Assembly (NCBI GenBank): GCA_913030915.1
Contig: CAJWEW010000005.1
Span: 3,523-67,522 of the forward strand
DNA: 64,000 nucleotides
Source: an uncultured Rhodobiaceae bacterium
GTDB lineage: Bacteria > Pseudomonadota > Alphaproteobacteria > Rhizobiales > TMED25
Direction: 5' to 3'
The position numbers and the translations under genes are program-made. Positions within the stretch are counted from its first letter, which is position 1. Every line of letters starts with the position of its first letter. Shown here one piece after another: positions 60,450 through 64,000 of the stretch. The notes under the pieces were generated by a model. The model made no database searches. It worked only from the letters and a program-made list of their open reading frames with translations, and was not told where the DNA came from.

Positions 60450-61867
60450 ACGACAATTACAGGATAAATTGCAGCTTTGATTGTCTAAAATCAATTAATA
60501 TCATAGATCAAAGAAGTGGTATATATCTCAATAATAAAGAGTGTAACATATCGACTGATAGCAGATATGTTCAAAAAAAAGACATATTTATAGCCCTAAA
60601 GGGTAGATACTCTGATGGGCATAATTTCTTATCACAAGCTTTTAATAATGGTGCATCTGCAGCAATAATTTCCGAAAAAAAAATTTTTGAAGAGTCAAAT
60701 TTCCCACTTATTCTTGTGCAAGACACATTTATAGCTTTGTCAAAAATTGCTGAACATAATTTTAAAGACATCAAATCACTCAAAATAGCTATTACGGGGA
60801 GCGTAGGAAAAACAACTACGAAGGATTATTTGAATAATGTATTATCATATTATGAACCAACATTTGCTGCACCTGAGTCATTTAATAATGAATTGGGTAT
60901 AGCGCTATCGAAGGCAAAAATATCCAAGCTAGATAAGTATGCGATTTTTGAGGTTGGAATGAATATGAAAAACGAAATACGTAACCTATCAAAACTTATA
61001 AATCCTGATATTGCTGTAATTACAAACATTGGCGAGGCGCATATTGGAAATCTCGGCAGTAAAGAGAATATCGCAATTGAAAAGTCAAGCATTATTGAAG
61101 GGATGTCGAATAATGGAATTATATTGCTTCCTCGAGATAGTGACTACTTTGAATTGTTGCAAAAAAATGCTTTAGCGAAAAATTTAAGGACAATAACATT
61201 TGGCTATTCAAGCAAATCAGATATTCAAATTAAAAAAATAACTCGGGGTAAGGACAGAGTTTTTATTGAATTTAGTGTCTTTGGTGAGGTTTTTGAAGCA
61301 TATTCAAATATGCAAAATATAAGTATCATTAATAATTATCTTCCAGTTTTGGGTATTGCACATATCTTAAATTATGATCTAACTGAGGTATTAAAAAATA
61401 TTGTTAAATCAAATGTAAATAAATCACGGTGGCAGGAGTTTGATTTTGAATTAGATAAGGGGCAAATAAAATTGATTGACGACACATATAATGCAAGCCC
61501 AACGTCAATGTTTGAAGCAATAAGGGCCGTGGATGAGTACGAAGCCGACCAAATATCACGCAAGATTATAATTATTGGTGACATGCTAGAGTTGGGAGAT
61601 TTTAACGAAAAATATCATTCCGATTTGGTAAATCTTATAAACGAGACTACTATTGACCATGTATATTTTTGTGGTGAGTATTTGAGTTCACTTTTTGGCA
61701 TGGTTTCATCAAAAAAAAAGAAAAAATATTTCAAGTCTGTGAACGATATTCGGTCAATTGATGAGTTTCAGTTAGTTGGGGGGGATTTAATATTTATCAA
61801 GGGGGGTAATAAGATAGGTTTAAATAATTTAGTTCAGGAATTTATTAATTATTTGGCATTAACATAA
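60446..61867 (+). CDS. murF: UDP-N-acetylmuramoyl-tripeptide--D-alanyl-D-alanine ligase
   Basis: TGSVGKTTTK P-loop and DDTYNASPTSM motif. Overlaps murE by 4 nt. Confidence 0.9.
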   Translation: MNDNYRINCSFDCLKSINIIDQRSGIYLNNKECNISTDSRYVQKKDIFIALKGRYSDGHNFLSQAFNNGASAAIISEKKIFEESNFPLILVQDTFIALSKIAEHNFKDIKSLKIAITGSVGKTTTKDYLNNVLSYYEPTFAAPESFNNELGIALSKAKISKLDKYAIFEVGMNMKNEIRNLSKLINPDIAVITNIGEAHIGNLGSKENIAIEKSSIIEGMSNNGIILLPRDSDYFELLQKNALAKNLRTITFGYSSKSDIQIKKITRGKDRVFIEFSVFGEVFEAYSNMQNISIINNYLPVLGIAHILNYDLTEVLKNIVKSNVNKSRWQEFDFELDKGQIKLIDDTYNASPTSMFEAIRAVDEYEADQISRKIIIIGDMLELGDFNEKYHSDLVNLINETTIDHVYFCGEYLSSLFGMVSSKKKKKYFKSVNDIRSIDEFQLVGGDLIFIKGGNKIGLNNLVQEFINYLALT

Positions 61868-61889
61868 TTACTGACAAGGAAAGTTTGAT

Positions 61890-62975
61890 ATGCTGATTTT
61901 ACTAATTGATGAACTAATAAGTTTTTTCCCTCTGCTAAATGCCTTTGATTACATCAGCACTAGAACAGTTGCTGCAACTTTCACATCGGGTTTGATCGTT
62001 TTTCTCTTGAGCCCCCCTATGATTAGATTTTTAAAAAAACACCAAAAGAATGGCCAGCCAATTAGAGCTGACGGACCAAAGTGGCATATAATAGAGAAAT
62101 CAGGTACACCAACGATGGGAGGTGTTATAATTTTGCTTGGCGTGATTGTATCTTCTCTGCTTTGGGTTGATTTATCAAATAGATACATATGGGTTGTGGG
62201 TTTTGTTGCATTTTTTTTTGGTTTGATTGGGTTTTATGATGATTATCTTAAAGTATTTAATTCATCATCTAATGGATTGGGTAGCATTCACAAAATAATA
62301 TTGCAGACATTTATATCCATAATTTCGATATATTTTCTGACAGAGCACGTTGCTGATTTTGACCAGGCCGTATTTTTACCGTTTCTGAAAGACTTTTCAA
62401 TCAACCTGGGTATTTTTTTTATTATTTTTTCAACTCTAGTTATAGTAGGATCGAGCAATTCTGTTAATCTAACGGATGGTCTCGATGGGCTGGCCATTAT
62501 GCCAGTTATGATCGCGATTGGCAGTTTTGGCTTAATCGCATACTTAACAGGTAATATTCTTTTTTCTGAATATCTAAATATACAATACATGCCAGGATCG
62601 GGTGAATTAGCAATTGTGTGTGGAGCAGTTATTGGAGCTGGCATTGGTTTCTTGTGGTACAATGCGCCTCCTGCAATGATTTTTATGGGAGATACTGGAT
62701 CTTTATCACTCGGCTCAATTATAGGAATTATAGCCGTTATAACAAAGCACGAGTTTGTTCTTTTAATAATTGGTGGACTTTTTGTTTTAGAGGCAACTTC
62801 TGTGATTGTGCAAGTGATTAGTTTCAGATTAACGGGGAAACGAATATTTAAGATGGCACCATTACACCATCACTTTGAACAGAAAGGTTGGAGCGAGCCT
62901 ACAATTGTGATCCGTTTTTGGATAATATCATTAATCTTAGCACTTGTAGGCTTACTAACGTTAAAACTTAGATAA
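61890..62975 (+). CDS. mraY: Phospho-N-acetylmuramoyl-pentapeptide transferase
   Basis: KSGTPTMGG, NLTDGLDGLA, MGDTGSLSLG and PLHHHFE motifs. Confidence 0.95.
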   Translation: MLILLIDELISFFPLLNAFDYISTRTVAATFTSGLIVFLLSPPMIRFLKKHQKNGQPIRADGPKWHIIEKSGTPTMGGVIILLGVIVSSLLWVDLSNRYIWVVGFVAFFFGLIGFYDDYLKVFNSSSNGLGSIHKIILQTFISIISIYFLTEHVADFDQAVFLPFLKDFSINLGIFFIIFSTLVIVGSSNSVNLTDGLDGLAIMPVMIAIGSFGLIAYLTGNILFSEYLNIQYMPGSGELAIVCGAVIGAGIGFLWYNAPPAMIFMGDTGSLSLGSIIGIIAVITKHEFVLLIIGGLFVLEATSVIVQVISFRLTGKRIFKMAPLHHHFEQKGWSEPTIVIRFWIISLILALVGLLTLKLR

Positions 62976-62988
62976 AATTGAAGATAAA

Positions 62989-64000
62989 ATGATTCCATTA
63001 ACACACTGTAAAAATAAAAAAATATTCGTACTAGGCTTAGGACTGTCAGGGGACAGTGCTATCCGATCCCTTGAAGCAGGTGGAGCTAATGTGTCGGCAT
63101 GGGATGATAATGATAGAGTTAGAAAAAATTATTTTGGGCAGGGCAAAAATATTATAAATCCTAAGGAAATTTCTGTTGAAGATTTAGATGTATTATTTTT
63201 AAGTCCTGGTATAGATGCTGATAAATCACCCCAAAAAAAATTCATTGACGAATTTAGAAAGAAAAAAAAATCAATAATCTGTGATATACAGCTTTTTGCT
63301 GATGAGATTAGTTACAGAAAAAGAAACGATAAGATTATAATGCTAACGGGAACAAATGGTAAATCAACTACATCAATGATGATTTATCATATTCTGGACA
63401 AATTAGGTAAGAAAGTGCAAATCGGTGGTAATATTGGCACAAGAAGCGTGCTAGATTTTGATCTGAGTGATCAAGATATGACATTTATTGTCGAGTTATC
63501 TTCATATCAGATAGAATTGTCACCAAATATAAAGCCAGATATTGGAATACTCCTCAATATAAGCCCTGATCATCTTGATAGACACGGTAATATGGATAAA
63601 TATATAGACATTAAATTTGATATTTTTAAACACCAGAATGAAGATGATATTTCAATTATTGGTTTAGACGGAGACATAGTATCCTCTGAAATAAAAAAAA
63701 GAAATTTTGAAAGTAATTTAATTTTATACAAAAATAACCCACTCGATGAAAATAAAATTGCCGAATTGCACTCCAATGGTGAGGTGTCTAATTATGATAT
63801 ATCAAAATACACTGCTTCCCATAAAATTACTTATCCATCAAATATCATTGCTTGTATCGCTTGCATGCAAGCGATGAAGATTCAATTTAATTCTTATTGT
63901 AAGTATTTCGATAGTTTTAGAGGCCTACGTCACAGAACTGAATTAATCCATGAATATAATAATATTCAATACATAAATGATAGTAAGGCAACGAATGCTG
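62989..64000 (+). CDS. murD: UDP-N-acetylmuramoylalanine--D-glutamate ligase (3' end truncated by the window edge)
   Basis: My own translation from the ATG at 62989: MIPLTHCKNKKIFVLGLGLSGDSA..., MLTGTNGKSTT P-loop, ISPDHLDRHG. The frame is open to the end of the window, and this gene is not listed in the ORF track. Confidence 0.85.
   Translation, partial: MIPLTHCKNKKIFVLGLGLSGDSAIRSLEAGGANVSAWDDNDRVRKNYFGQGKNIINPKEISVEDLDVLFLSPGIDADKSPQKKFIDEFRKKKKSIICDIQLFADEISYRKRNDKIIMLTGTNGKSTTSMMIYHILDKLGKKVQIGGNIGTRSVLDFDLSDQDMTFIVELSSYQIELSPNIKPDIGILLNISPDHLDRHGNMDKYIDIKFDIFKHQNEDDISIIGLDGDIVSSEIKKRNFESNLILYKNNPLDENKIAELHSNGEVSNYDISKYTASHKITYPSNIIACIACMQAMKIQFNSYCKYFDSFRGLRHRTELIHEYNNIQYINDSKATNA

Overview
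This 64-kb window is very AT-rich (about 30% GC by eye) and extremely gene-dense. Many genes abut or overlap by 1-17 nt. Gene content and synteny are those of a streamlined marine alphaproteobacterium: petABC, uvrC-pgsA-moaD-moaE, DUF1285-Nudix-cca, ybjN-proC, trxB-lysR, yqeY-dnaG-rpoD and mraZ-rsmH-ftsL-ftsI-murE-murF-mraY-murD. A SAR11/Pelagibacterales-like origin is an inference, not a database result. I can support about 61 protein genes, one tRNA (anticodon CAT), a type-A RNase P RNA, and a few hairpins and operator-like repeats. I found no CRISPR array, transposase, integrase, phage gene, toxin-antitoxin pair or recognisable defence gene. Most of the window is ordinary housekeeping. The only segment that looks accessory lies between the tRNA (41.4 kb) and rnpB (55.0 kb). 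Its most unusual part is a co-directional cluster at 42.2-46.9 kb. The cluster encodes an M24 hydrolase, a KdsB-fold protein lacking the canonical CTP-binding loop, a signal-less LVIVD beta-propeller and a class III CoA-transferase. It faces a convergent IDH/IPMDH-family dehydrogenase. I know of no characterised pathway with this combination, so it is my best candidate for something undescribed, but only as a metabolic-operon hypothesis. Smaller observations include MraZ-box-like phased repeats upstream of mraZ and a 13-bp direct repeat in the uvrB/ABM divergent spacer. A 251-bp spacer, unusually long for this window, lies upstream of a homocysteine S-methyltransferase, and there is a fused HyuA-HyuB oxoprolinase-type enzyme. 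All motif comparisons were done by eye from memory of family signatures and need confirmation by HMM or structure searches.
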